Below, piece by piece: positions 13,213 to 30,570 of a stretch of 64,000 bases of DNA. Within the stretch, counting starts at the first letter, position 1, and each line of letters starts with the position of its first letter. The stretch is taken from the NCBI RefSeq assembly GCF_009914755.1, contig NC_060944.1; one strand, 5' to 3'. Made by a program: the position numbers and the translations under genes. The notes under the pieces are model-generated. The model worked only from the letters and a program-made list of their open reading frames with translations, had not been told where the DNA came from and searched no databases. This DNA is from the human T2T-CHM13v2.0 reference genome, Homo sapiens.

Positions 13213-15782
13213 GTGCTTCTTTTATGTTATCTCATTTCATCTTCAGAACGCTGCCATAAGGGCAGGCACTACCATCCCAATGTACAGATCACAATAGTGA
13301 GGCTCCAAGAGGTTGAGCCTGTCAAGGTTGCAAAGCTGGTAAAGAGGCATAAAGATGTGTTGTCAGGTTTGCCTGACACCTCTCCCACTTCCCTGTATCC
13401 CAGTCCACTCTCAGGCCCGTCACGCCACCTGCATAGCCCTCTCCATGTGTTTATCTTTGTGTTCCACGTGTGACTCATTGCTGAGATGGTCAGGAATGAC
13501 AGCGACTGAACTTTCTATCCAAACTCACCTTCCTTCCCTGAGCCTTGAGATGGAACCATCCCCTCCTGGCTGTGGGCATTCCTTCTGTCAAGGGTGAGAG
13601 CCAGCCCAGACTGCCATGAAATAAACCAACATGCTTCTCTTCCCCAACCCCTCCATCAGTGCCCAGATCCAGCCCCACTAGGCTCCACCTGGCTCCATAG
13701 CTATTTCACCCACCTCTTGGAGCACATGAGGCTCTTGCCTGGTCCATCAATGGCTTCAGGGATCTCCCACATCAGACTTCCAGGAAATCTCCCTTTGGTT
13801 CAAAAAATCGTAATGAACAGGACCCTAAACAACCTAGCACCTCCTAAGACCCATGCTGACATGGGCCCTTGGTCGTGAGTTGCATCATTCAGCCTCCTGC
13901 TGAATGAGGTCAGCACCTGCTGGACCCACCCATCTCCTGACTCTTCCCCTTCCCCACCACACAGGAAGACAACTGATGCAGGGAGCATCAGTGTCAGGTG
14001 TGTTGTATTTATGTGACGCACACAGTTCCCTACTCTCCCACCATTGTTCTTCGATATATGACAAAACTCCCAATTTGTCAAATGCTTAACAGCAGTCAGG
14101 AAAATGTATTCTCCACACATCCACCGAGCTTTTCATTTTGCACAACTGTCAGCAAGAACAGTTTACAAATTTTCTGTCATGGAGATTCTGAAAGAATGGG
14201 GAAGAGGGGAGAAACACCCCCCACCCCAACCCCTTCTGTGAGTCACAGCCTCAACTTGACAGAAGCCCAGGCAGCAGCTGAGACTCCCCTGTTACATTAC
14301 ACGTCATCACTCTTTGCATTTAAGCCCATTTTCCATGCAGCCATTTCTGAATGCATTTCTGTTTCCATCAAATCCCTCCCCATGGTGTAAAAGTAAATAT
14401 TAGACAGTGCCCTCCTCCTAAAAGACCTTGTATTTCAAGCTCAAAAAAGTCTCCTAGAGGGACTCAGTAGTAGACAGCTGTCTGCTCCACAGATGCCAGC
14501 CAGCTTCCCTGGCTGACATGCAACAGATTATCATGCAAACCCAGAAGCCTCAAGCTTTTAAGACATTATATATTGAAAATATACACTGAATCATCTTTAA
14601 CAGAAAAAAAAAAACTAAAACCAACCAAAATTTCCAAAGAGAGACAATCGATTAAATAAATTATGATAACCCCCAAAATGGACCATGGTCCACCATGGAA
14701 AGAGTGTTTCTGTGGTGTGGGAATGTGGTTAGGATATGTTAACTAAAGCAAGTTTCAAAACTGTATTTACAGTATGATTCCCATTTAGTAAATGTATGTA
14801 TGTATATTTATGCATAGGGGGAAAAAAGACCAGATGGATAGACACCCTAAATGTTAACACTCAAGAGATTATCTGCTTTTTAAAAAGATTTTTATTTTCA
14901 TGTATTTTCCACATTTTCTTCCATGAAGCAAAAACTTTTTTTGAAAAAGTTGTTTCTGCTCAACAGTCTATTCATGGACCATTCCAAAAACTTTAAACTT
15001 GGCAGACTGCGGCCAGTTGTACAGTAAACATAATTTACAGCCCAATGGCTTTCTGGCAGTGAGCACTTTTTCATTCACACCAGGTGATGCCATACTGAAC
15101 AGCAGCTGTCCATATGATTTTAATCACAGTAACTTTTGAAACCACAACTTGCAGTGCCCCTTATTTTGTTCCATTAAAAAGCTGTCTTTTGAAGCTAATG
15201 AGCAAATTCTCTGAGAACTGGAACCTAGCAAATGCTGAATCACTGGGCGAATAGCCCGTTAAATCCATACTAGTTATGCAGCTCTTTGAAGACACACACA
15301 GCTTAGGTAACTTGAAACTTCCCTCTGAGAATATATAAGATCTCTGGTTATCATATGTAAATGTAAGTCAATGCCTAACAAGAAATGATTATTTGCAAAT
15401 ACCTTGGCTATGATCTAAGTTGCAGATCTAATTTGAGGAGTAGCAGAGTGATCACTTTAGCACAGACCTGGAGGCTAAGATTACCCTTTACAGGGAAATC
15501 CTGAATAGGGTTGAGACTTCCCAAGAGACAGATTCTATGAGCTACTCACAATTACAACTGTCTAAGCTGAAAGAAAATTTCAACACTAAATCCCTTAGTC
15601 TTTCCTTTTCCTTTCTATTCAGTCTCTTCTGTTTTATCTCCTTTCCTACCCACCTTGAATATTTCTTGAGCTATCTCTTTAATAATACTTTTAGAATGTG
15701 CTTTCAAAACGTTTGCTTTCAGTCCTTCACAACCACTTGAAGGGGAAAAGAAGGAAAAGGACAAAAAAATATACATCCCTTG

Positions 15783-16243
15783 TGTATGAGTTTGCTAGAG
15801 CTGCTATAACAAAGTACCATAGACTGGGTGGGGGGTGGGGGCTTAACAATAGGAATTTATCATCCTATTGTTCTAGAAACTGAAAGTCCAAGATCAAGGT
15901 GTCAGCAGGGTGGATTCCTTTGAAGGGCTGTGAAAGAATCTGTTCCATGCCTCTCTCCTAGCTTCTGGTGGTTTGCTGGCAATCTCTGGTGTTTCTTGGC
16001 TTGCAGAAGCATCACCCTGATCTCTGCATTCAATTTCACATAGCATTCTCCCCAAGTGCATGGCTCTGTCTAAACTTCCCCTTTTTGTAAGGACACCTGT
16101 CACAATGGATTTGAACACCCCCAACACACACACCTAATGACCTTATCTTAATTTAACTGCATGCACAATGACCGTATTTCCAAATAAGGTCATATTCTGA
16201 GATCAGAGGGTTAGGACTTCAACATATAATTCAGGTCCATAGT
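15783..16243 (-). mobile_element. MLT1 (MLT1C-like) MaLR LTR
   Basis: GCTGCTATAACAAAGTACCATAGACTGGG and TTTCCAAATAAGGTCATATTCTGAG hallmarks. Confidence 0.8.
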
Positions 16244-16993
16244 ACCTTGTACCAATCCAACCACAACTTTCTTTGAACCTATGCCCCAATCAGGGTCCTG
16301 AGCACTGCTGGAGAAAACTGTACAATCTCCAAGTGATAGCGTGGGTTCCAGTGTCAGCCGAGCTAACACTCCTTTGTCACCACCCCCTTCTATTCCCCAC
16401 TGCAGCTTTTTTCAACTTTCACCATGCTCCTCTATTCCCTCAACTTCAGGAAATGATCTTACCTCCTACTTCACAGAAGCAAACAGAGGCCATCCCAAAA
16501 GAATGTTCTGACCACCCTGCAATGAATTATTTCCCTTTACTTGCTGTGTTAGTTCATTTTCATGCTGCTGATAAGGACATACCTGAGACTGGGCAATTTA
16601 CAAAAGAAAGAGGTTTAATGCACTTACAGTTCCACATGGCTGGGGAGGCCTCACAATCATGGCAGAAGGCAAGGAAGAGCAAGTCACATCTTACGTGGAT
16701 AGGTGGTCTCAGGCAAAGAGAGAGCTTGTATAGAGGAACTCTCGGTTTTTTTTGTTGTTTTCTTTTTTTTTTTTCTATTTTTTTTTTAATTATACTTTAA
16801 GTTTTAGGGTACATGTGCACATTGTGCAGGTTAGTTACATATGTATACATGTGCCATGCTGGTGTGCTGCACCCACTAACTCGTCATCTAGCATTAGGTA
16901 TATCTCCCAATGCTATCCCTCCCCCCTCCCCCCACCCCACCACAGTCCCCAGAGTGTGATATTCCCCTTCCTGTGTCCATGTGATCTCATTGT

Positions 16994-20821
<3,828 letters not shown>

Positions 20822-20884
20822 TATGATGTTAGCTGGTGATTTTGCTCGTAAGTTGATGCAGTTTCTTCCTAGTCTCGATGGTCT

Positions 20885-21901
20885 TTACATTTTGGCATGA
20901 TTTTGCAGCGGCTGGTACCGGTTGCTCCTTTCCATGTTTAGCGCTTCCTTCAGGAGCTCTTTTAGGGCAGGCCTGGTGGTGACAAAATGTCTCAGCATTT
21001 GCTTGTCTGTAAAGTATTTAATTTCTCCTTCACTTATGAAGCTTAGTTTGGCTGGATATGAAATTCTGGGTTGAAAATTCTTTTCTTTAAGAATGTTGAA
21101 TATTGGCCCCCACTCTCTTCTGGCTTGTAGGGTTTCTGCTGAGAGATCCGCTGTTAGTCTGATGGGCTTCCCTTTGAGGGTAACCCGACCTTTCTCTCTG
21201 GCTGCCCTTAACATTTTTTCCTTCATTTCAACTTTGGTGAATCTGACAATTATGTGTCTTGGAGTTGCTCTTCTCGAGGAGTATCTTTGTGGCATTCTCT
21301 GTATTTCCTGAATCTGAACGTTGGCCTGCCTTGCTAGATTGGGGAAGTTCTCCTGGATAATATCCTGCAGAGTGTTTTCCAACTTGGTTCCATTCTCCCT
21401 GTCACTTTCAGGTACACCAATCAGACGTAGATTTGGTCTTTTCACATAGTCCCATATTTCTTGGAGGCTTTGCTCATTTCTTTTTATTCTTTTTTCTCTA
21501 AACTTCCCTTCTCGCTTCATTTCATTCATTTCATCTTTCATTGCTGATGCCCTTTCTTCCAGTTGATCACATCGGCTCCTGAGGCTTCTGCATTCTTCAC
21601 GTAGTTCTCGAGCCTTGGTTTTCAGCTCCATCAGCTCCTTTAAGCACTTCTCTGTATTGGTTATTCTAGTTATACATTCTTCTAAATTTTTTTCAAAGTT
21701 TTCAACTTCTTTGCCTTTGGTTTGAATGTCCTCCCGTAGCTCAGAGTAATTTGATCATCTGAAGCCTTCTTCTCTCAGCTCGTCAAAGTCATTCTGCATC
21801 CAGCTTTGTTCCGTTGCTGGTGAGGAACTGCGTTCCTTTGGAGGAGGAGAGGCGCTCTGCGTTTTAGAATTTCCAGTTTTTCTGTTCTGTTTTTTCCCCA
21901 T
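20885..21901 (-). pseudogene. L1 ORF1: L1 ORF1p (RNA-binding protein) with a nonsense codon
   Basis: ATGGGGAAAAAACAG at 21901 to stop at 20885 gives the canonical 338 codons. Codon 49 is TGA (21757-21755; CGA>TGA CpG decay). The ORF track 20885..21631 shows the remaining ORF1p sequence. Confidence 0.95.
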
Positions 21902-22807
21902 CTTTGTGGTTTTATCTACTTTTGGTCTTTGATGATGGTGATGTACAGATGGGTTTTCGGTGTGGATGTCCTTTCTGTTTGTTAGTTTTCCTTCTAACAG
22001 ACAGGACCCTCAGCTGCAGGTCTGTTGGAATACCCTGCCTTGTGAGGTGTCAGTGTGCCCCTGCTGGGGGGTGCCTCCCAGTTAGGCTGCTCGGGGGTCA
22101 GGGGTCAGGGACCCACTTGAGGAGGCAGTCTGCCTATTCTGAGATCTCCAGCTGCGTGCTGGGAGAACCACTGCTCTCTTCAAAGCTGTCAGACAGGGAC
22201 ACTTAAGTCTGTAGAGGTTACTGCTGTCTTTTTGTTTGTCTGTGCCCTGCCCCCAGAGGTGGAGCCTACAGAGGCAGGCAGGCCTCCTAGAGCTGTGGTG
22301 GGCTCCACCCAGTTCGAGCTTCCTGGCTGCTTTGTTTACCTAAGCAAGCCTGGGCAATGGCGGGCGCCCCTCCCCCAGCCTCGTTGTCGCCTTGCAGTTT
22401 GATCTCAGACTGCTGTGCTAGCAGTCAGCGAGATTCCGTGGGCGTAGGACCCTCCGAGCCAGGTGTGGGATATAATCTCGTGGTTTGCTGTTTTTTAAGC
22501 CGGTCTGAAAAGCGCAATATTCGGGTGGGAGTGACCCAATTTTCCAGGTGCGTCAGTCACCCCTTTCTTTGACTTCGAAAGGGAACTCCCTGACCCCTTG
22601 CACTTCCCAAGTGAGGCAATGCCTCGCCCTGCTTCGGCTTGCGCACGGTGCGCGCACCCACTGGCCTGCGCCCACTGTCTGGCACTCCCTAGTGAGATAA
22701 ACCCGGTACCTCAGATGGAAATGCAGAAAACACCCGTCTTCTGCATCGCTCACGCTGGGAGCTGTAGACCGGAGGTGTTCCTATTCGGCCATCTTGGCTC
22801 CTCCCCC
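21902..22807. promoter_or_regulatory. L1 5'UTR bidirectional promoter (sense on -, antisense on +)
   Basis: Complete CpG-rich 5'UTR with an intact YY1 site (CAAGATGGCCG, minus strand, 22786-22796). Confidence 0.8.
22357..22572 (+). CDS. L1 ORF0: LINE-1 antisense ORF0, intact 71 aa
   Basis: MAGAPPPASL...HPFL, 71 aa, matches primate L1 ORF0. Strong Kozak context (GCAATGG). Internal splice donors CAG|GT at 22462/22463 and 22547/22548. Translation from this copy is not shown. Confidence 0.85.
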   Translation: MAGAPPPASLSPCSLISDCCASSQRDSVGVGPSEPGVGYNLVVCCFLSRSEKRNIRVGVTQFSRCVSHPFL

Positions 22808-22989
22808 GAAACTTTCGTTTTTAAAACCATCAGATCTCATGAGACCCATTCACTATCAGGAGAACAGCATGGGAAAGACCCACCCCCATGATTCAATCAT
22901 CTCCCACCAGGTCCCTCCCTCAACAAGTGGGAATTATGGGAGCTGCAAGATGAGATTTGGGTGGGGACAAAGAGCCAAACCATATCACC

Positions 22990-23700
22990 TGCCTCCTTTC
23001 TTTCCCCCTCTGCCCTGTCCTAAAGCAAGGTGCATCCTTCCCCCTGGGCTCTAGATCGCCTGCCCTCCAGCTCCTCGGGCCTTGCCCACACCAATTACCC
23101 TCTTGCTTCTGTCTTCAACCTCCCCATCTCCACTGGCTCCTTTCCATTAGCATTTAAACATGTCCAAATCTTTTCCCTCAAGAACACCCATAGCTCTTAT
23201 CTCCAGGTCTCTCCAACAACCTCCTGTCCCCACCACATAGCCAAATTCATCAAAAGAGAAAAATAAGTTATCTCCACTTTTCTTGTCCTCAACCCATTCT
23301 ATCAGACTCTTGCCATCACCTGTGGATTGTAAATTCTCCTGCCATGGATTCCTCCATTGCCCTCTTAAGGGGCCGCTTGGCAAGCATACAATGCCATTGA
23401 CCTCATCCTCCTTTAAATATGGAATTCCTTGGCTTCTGAGTGATCCTATAGCCTCTCAGTTTTCCTTCTGGATTTGCTGTGCTGGCCACTCCCTAGATGT
23501 TCAATGGTTGCATTTCTTGGCATTGTTTTCAAGCTCTTTCCCTTCTCTTTCTGATCTCATCTAGTACTATGAATTAAACTACTACCTAGATCCTGGTGAC
23601 TCTCAAATGTCTACTTCCAGTCTACTTTTTTCTCCTAAATTGCAGATGCCCACATTCCTCTCTAATATTACATCTCCCATGGGTGACCTACATCCAATAA
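22990..23700 (+). mobile_element. Degenerate L2 fragments
   Basis: CTCCACTGGCTCCTTTCCATTAGCATTTAAACATG and TGACTCTCAAATGTCTAC. Confidence 0.55.
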
Positions 23701-24064
23701 TAGTTATGAAAGAGAACAGCTAATAGCAGTAGGCTGAGTGATGGACTTAGGAAGGGCAAAGACCCCTTTGGCAGGGTTAAGAAAAGCAGAGGTGAAATGA
23801 GAGAGGTCAGGACAGTCACCTGAAGTATTTCATAGTTCTCTAAAAAGTACTCTCAGATTCAAATTTCCTTGACACTTTGCTAACCGTTCTGCACACCTAC
23901 ATCCTAAAGGACAGGGCTCTCCTTAACATGAATTAAATTTGAATATGCCTCTACCTTAGAAAATATATTGTTCCTCTACCAGTGTCCTGGCATATGGAGA
24001 CTGCCTACTGAAAATCATGGGTATGACATTGATTTGTGTAATGCTAGCTTTGGAGTACATGTAG

Positions 24065-24379
<315 letters not shown>

Positions 24380-24633
24380 AGACTTAAATTTTAAGGGAGG
24401 CATTTACATTAAATTATACTTCCCACAATCCACTCAGCTTGGTCTTTGGCTCCATTGTTGGGTGGAATTACAATTGCTAGTACAGTAGCTGGATGTTAAA
24501 TAGAAGTCAGTGTAGAACAATAGATGTCGAAATAAAAAACAAGATTAGAAACAGAAAAGTTCATGGCTTCAAAATGCATGTTAGCCTGGGGTAAAAAAAC
24601 TGCATGGATCTTACAGAACATGGAGTCCAGCAC

Positions 24634-25303
24634 TGATACGGACAGGAGATAGGGAAATACTGGTTTGAAGAAGGCAGTTCCCGGGCAAAGGCCCCCCACC
24701 TTCAAGCCAAGAAACCCACAGCCCTCAGTGAGAACAGGCATTCCTGTTTTTGCATCCAAAAAGTTGCCTTTTGGCCTGCTATGTCCCCCTATCTTGCATC
24801 CATATAAACCCTGAACCCCAGGCTCCAGAAAGAAATGCACGGACGAATGGCAAAATGGGGCAGCAGAGAAGAAGAGAAAAGAAGGAAAATCATCTTCCCA
24901 CTCCATTCCCCCTCTAGCTCCCCATCCATCCCACGGAGAGCCACCTCCACCACTCAAAAAGACCCCCACATTCACTCTTTAAGTCCATGTGCAGCCTCAT
25001 TCTTCCTAGACTCCAAACAAGAACCCGGGTGCCAAGAGGGCACTGAGCTGGTTAACTTTAGCTGTCTGCAGATTGCAAAGCCAAAAGAGCATGCTGTAAC
25101 ATGCCCGCTGGGCTTCAGGAGTCGCAGACACCCACCCTTAGAGACAACCAGGGGGCCAGAGGCCAAAGTCCTTGCCCTGGCTCCTAAACCTGCCTGTCTG
25201 TGTGCTCCCCCTCCCGTAAGGGGTTTGAGCTTGTGGCAGCTGAACAGAGAGGCATACCCCTGTCACATGTCATGTGGGGGAAGCAGGGAACTCTCCTGTT
25301 TCA
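24634..25303 (+). mobile_element. MER50-type ERV1 solo LTR
   Basis: TG...CA termini (TGATACGGACAGGAG...CTCCTGTTTCA), perfect 4-bp TSD GCAC, TATA-like CATATAAAC near 24800. Confidence 0.85.
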
Positions 25304-27725
25304 GCACCTTCATTTTTAAAACAAGGATACTAAGGTTTAGAGAGAATAGTTACACTTTCTCAAGGTTAAACTCTACGGAATGGGATGAAATGGTGATAGA
25401 ATTCAGTGCTTATTCCATCTCCATGTGAGAGGCCTGAGGGACATGGCATCATTCTGCTAGGGCCTTCGAGTTATTGGAATTTTTGCAAAGCATGTCAACA
25501 TCCCACCCGGCAGAAACTCTGGCATATTCACTTCATCCACGTGCTTCTTCTGGGACCCCTTGTTTTAGCCAACTCCATACCCATACTTCAGGAGACTCCT
25601 GATTTTCCTGAACTCTGAGTCCTGGACTTGTGTTCCCACACCCAGCCTTGGCTCTTCTCTCAGGCTAACCTTAGCCCCATTTGCTCTGCTAGAATGTCCC
25701 TTTCTGTTTTCTTCCTCCTTTGGTTCTACTGCAACCAGCCTCACCAAACAGTATTCTGCTCATCTGTCTAGGAGCTCTGCAATACACCTGAGCTCATACC
25801 CTGCCACACCTGCCCCAGCCCCACGAAGGAAAACAAAACAATAGCAACAAACAAACAAACAAACAAAAAAAAAAAACCCTGCTGAACTCAGATTCTGATT
25901 CAGCTAGCATGAAGCCATGACTTGTACCAGGCACTGTCCTAGGTGCTGGGGTGAACACTGTCATATTTAACTTAACCTACCAGCCTTTCATAGAATCCTG
26001 CTCTGTGAAATTTGCACAGGGGCCAAAGGGAAACAAGGCATTATTTATAATAATTGGCTTGCCATTATCCATTCTGTTGGCGCTGCCTGCAACAACATGA
26101 TGGACCTGTATGCTATTCACAGTCTATAAAAAAGTAGTTCTGTTGTGATTCAACATATAGTAATCTCCATTTTAAGAGGACAATAGAAACACTCAGCTGT
26201 TATTCATCCCAGAGCCTTAAACGGCAGAGAATTCCTTTATCAGGAACATAAGGTTAGAACAGCATGAGTTATTAACATTGAAAGTAGCCCAATGCATTTA
26301 TTGAGGTGCTCAAACTATTGAAAAAAATTAACGATTTTTAAAAGTAAAAGGCTAGACCTCAAGTAGCACTTTGGGAGAAGTGTGTCAAAGGCACAAACTA
26401 TTCAGAACTGCTTAGGTTGAAATGAGGATGGGGAAAGAGTCTTGGTCCCCATAACCCAACTCAGTTCTGAATGTTCTGAAGAGAGTAAAGGAGAAACGCC
26501 AGGCATGTTCAGAAATCCAGATTTGAGGGGCCAGGAGTGGTGGGAAATATGGGAGCAGCTGCAAATCATAGTTAATTAACAATCATTAGGGATACATGCA
26601 TAACACATTTTGTATTCAGTTAGCTATTTATTTATTTATTCACAGCCACATTCCACAAAGGGCTTGAGGCAGCCTACAATGGCAAAATGCAAACAAGCGT
26701 AAAAAGTCAGGACTAGCATATACGGTGAGGAACACCTTGGCCAGAAGGGCACACATCTGTCAGCCCTAAGGGACTCCAGAGGTACCACAGTCAAGTTCCA
26801 AATTTGGCTTGAGGCATCCTGGCAGCCAAAGTGAAAAGGAGACAGGGTCAGGTCCAAGCATTCTCTTTAACAAGACACTGTTAAATGTCTTTCTTTCAAA
26901 GCAGGTAAAAAGCTGAACACTGACACAGCGGCCCCACAAATAACTGCAGAATCAGTGGTCTGCAACTGCAGTAAAATGGATGGGACAAGGGACAATGGCA
27001 AAGGAGTTGGGTTCTGGAGCTGAAAGTCCTCACTGTGAGGTCCAGCTTAACCTCTACTAGCTCCAGGGTCCTGGAGAAGATGTTTAATTTCTCTGGGGCA
27101 CGTTCTTATTATGCATAAACCAGAGATTTAAAAAGACTTAATTTGCTAAGTCGTGTGTCAGAAAGAAGAAAAATGAAAGAGGGAGAACGAATAAAGGAAT
27201 GAATAGGTATGTACTATGAAGTGAATTGAAACATATAGAGCACCTAGCATATGAAACATACCAGAACCTTTTCTAGTTTTTTTTTTTCTTTAATTCTTTC
27301 TGTGAAATTGAGTCTGGGTAGCAGACTGTTCCTCCATCTGAGTGGCTGTTTGTCAGTCTCTGTCTTCCCTCTCCCATCCTCTGCCCCTACCACTCTCTTC
27401 AACCTCAACTCCAGAGGTAGCTGGGGCTATGCCACATCTCAATCTCAGAACACCAGGGCACAGAGAAGTAAAGAGACCCAAGTGATGGATGGGTGGGTGA
27501 GTCTATAATTCTCAGAGGAACATTATTAGAAACAACAAGTGGTGATGGGCACAGGATCAACCAACACAATGAGAGAGAAAAACAGTCAACTCGGAGATCA
27601 GGTAATCAGTGATTGATAATCTGATAATGGTTGAACACTCACAAGGAAGGGCCATATACTGAAATGAGTCCATTTATTTTACATATTCCTACCTTGAGTG
27701 CTTGTTCACAAATATGCTTTACCTA

Positions 27726-27823
27726 ATCCATTCTGATTTTGATGAAAAGTTCCATTTTGTAGAAATGGAACTTTTGTAGAACATTTCTACAAAATGGAAC
27801 TTTTCATCAAAATCAGAATGGAT
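27726..27823. repeat. Perfect inverted repeat, 42-bp arms, 14-nt spacer
   Basis: 27726-27767 is the exact reverse complement of 27782-27823. Confidence 0.97.
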
Positions 27824-29099
27824 GCCAGCAATCCATCCAAAACCAGAATAGAGCCAGCAATACTGGCTGTCTTGATGCTAAACACTTTTCGATATCAGCT
27901 AACAGCATGAGACTAACTATCGAGCTTTTGTGTTTTCAGTGACCGTATTTTTCTAAGCCAAACATTTAAAAAATTCACATAAAAGTCAAATTACTTGTAT
28001 ATATTTTGAGGCTCATCTAGTTTAAGAAAAAAAAGCTATCAAAAACTGAATATCTCTTGGAAATTCTGAGTCATACAGCCACTGCATTAAGCTACTTGGA
28101 CAGGTGATCTTCCCATTTTTCAGATGATTCTCCTTACCTTCAAGCTTAGGTAAGAAGTCTCTGCTCTCTGTTCCCTTTGAACTTGCACACATCTCCATTC
28201 TAACACTTACCACTCTACAGCTGAGTTTCTGATTAGACTAAGAACCCACTGGCCACAGGATGTCTGCCCTATTCAGTTGCATGTTTCCAAAATTTGCTCA
28301 ATAACAACCAAAGGGAACTGTTTTGCAAGCGTAGAAAATCAGTTCTTCAGTACACTACTAAATGCAGCAAGCTACCCTCCTTTTTTCTACATTGCCCTCT
28401 ACACTTTTTAGCTTCTAGACTTCTCATCCTGCCTTGACCAGCCCCAGCTAGGCCTCTTTAGTTGCAAGATTCCAAGAAGTCAGAGAGGACCTACATTCAC
28501 AGGGCCTGAGCCAGCTCGGAGAAACGGGCCCCCTGGGAGTAGCCACAGAGGGTCAGGTGGAATCCATCATGGTGCATCAGGGCTGAGAGTTGAATCTGTA
28601 CAATAGCCCAGGCCATGGGAGGCCTTCCTAAGGCCCGACTTGACCACTAAGGATCTGTTACTTCTTGGGTCCCCAATCTAGCAGTGAGAGTGAAGGAAAT
28701 TCTCAGGTTCCTTGGCCAAAACCTCAACTCTCTGCCTTCAGAATATGAGCTTAATGAGAATTCCCTGGATGAGAACCACTGTCATTCATTTAAATCACAG
28801 CTACACATTACCGTGAAGCCTTATCACACTGGGCCTCTCTGATCTCCTGTAAAGGGTCATCAATTTCTGTATCTTTTACTTTTTTTTGTCTGAATAATGA
28901 ACATACTGCTGAAAGCAATGCCCGGGATGACCGGGCACATCTAGGAGATTCTAAAAGTGTGAGTTTCAGATTTTTGGTACGATTTTATTTTCTTCATGCT
29001 TAAAGTCTCATAAAATTCTGGATCCATTTAATCATACTACCTAATCATATGTTTATCATGAAAAGTAGCACTAATGTGGTAGGCAGACTGTTTTTCCAT

Positions 29100-29411
29100 G
29101 TTTCTTTCTTTCTTTCTATTTTATTTTATTTTTTATTTTTTTAAGAGATAGGGTCTCTTTCACCTAGGCTAGAGCTTATTGCAGCCTCGCACACCTGGGA
29201 TCAAACAACCCTCTTGCCTCAACCTCCCATGCCCATGTAGCTGGGACTACAGGTATATGCTACCACACCCAGCTAATTTTTTTAATTTTTTTGTAGAGAT
29301 GAGGTCTCACTGTGTTACCTAGGTTGGTCTTGAACTCCTGGCATCAAGCAATCTTTCTGCCTTGGCCTCCCAAAGCACTGGGGTTACAGGCATGAGCCAC
29401 CATGCCTGGCC
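29100..29411 (-). mobile_element. AluJ with an internal deletion
   Basis: Diverged dimeric Alu with TSD-like CCATGT. Confidence 0.9.
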
Positions 29412-30570
29412 CCATGTCCTGTTTCTAAACTAATAATTAGCAAGGTAAGGCAAAAACGGTCCTTTTACCTGTATTTGAGCTCACATCTACGGAGGCTTCA
29501 ACAGAACAATTCCATGTCCTATTTTTGGAAGAAAGCTCCAATTTCTAGCCCTAGTTTTCAGTGTTGTGGAGTAGTTTTATTTCCTGTCTTTCGTATTTTT
29601 TTTTTAAAAAAAGCTTCTCCAACATTTTAGTTGCAATCTGAGACAGTCTGTTTCAGAGACAAAATTTTACAGCCAGATGCTCCAGTGTGAGCCGCTGCAG
29701 TTTGTTTCTAAGGATGATCAGTAACGAATGGGGAATGCTTGTCATTTGCTCAAATATTGTGAAGTCTTGTCTTTTCTTGGGCACATGCACACTTTTATAG
29801 GCAAGGTTTCATCCATCCGTAATGCCTGCTGGGACAACTGGGAGAACAGGTCAGTCATTTGCAGAAACAGACCTAAAACCCTAAGGCCTAGGAGCCATCA
29901 CAGCCCCCACCCCATCTGGACATTAACAAGACACACAGGGTGGGGAAAGAAGGCAAATGGGAGTGCAGTGGAGTCAGGAGATAGGCAACTCTGGGCCTCC
30001 ACTTCCGTGGGGGATTTTAATAATCTCCCTGGAGTCACAGTGGGTTGTTATAAGGAGGCAGAGGGAAGGTAGGATGGTTCTGATACAGAAAATAGCTCCT
30101 CAGTGGGACAGGGGAGATGACAGCAGAGAAGCTTTCAACCACCTTTTTTTTTGTGATGCCACAAGTCTCTGCAGCTCACCTGTATAGCGCTATTGCTCTA
30201 TTCCACGTGACAAAACATGAGTCACCTGCTCAATTAGTTTCATTCAGTCCATTATCCCTATAGCTAGGGAGAGCTCTCTCCCATAAACTGGCAAATCATT
30301 GTTCAATATATTTAATCTTAATATGGTTGATCCTTCCTTTTCTTTCTTTTTACCTCTCTTCCTCTCTCCATCCTTCTTATTCATCCATCCACCTATCTAT
30401 CCATCCATTTACCTGAAGGTATGTTGACCATCTACTTTGTGTCAGGTACTATTCCAAGCACTTAATATACAATATCTGATTAAATTTTAACAATACCCTG
30501 GAAGTTAGCTCTTAATATTCTTTATGAATATTATATGAGGTTTAGAGAGTTTATGTGTCTTGTCCAAGAT

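Noticed and set aside
24835-25428. 197-aa ORF and overlapping 159-aa antisense ORF
   Set aside because: They lie mostly within the MER50 LTR and show no gag/pol/env similarity.
29740-29870. Minus-strand peptide IKVCMCPRKDK resembling the p53-family VCACPGRD motif
   Set aside because: Very short, ends in a stop a few codons later, and has no other p53 DNA-binding-domain similarity. Treated as coincidence.
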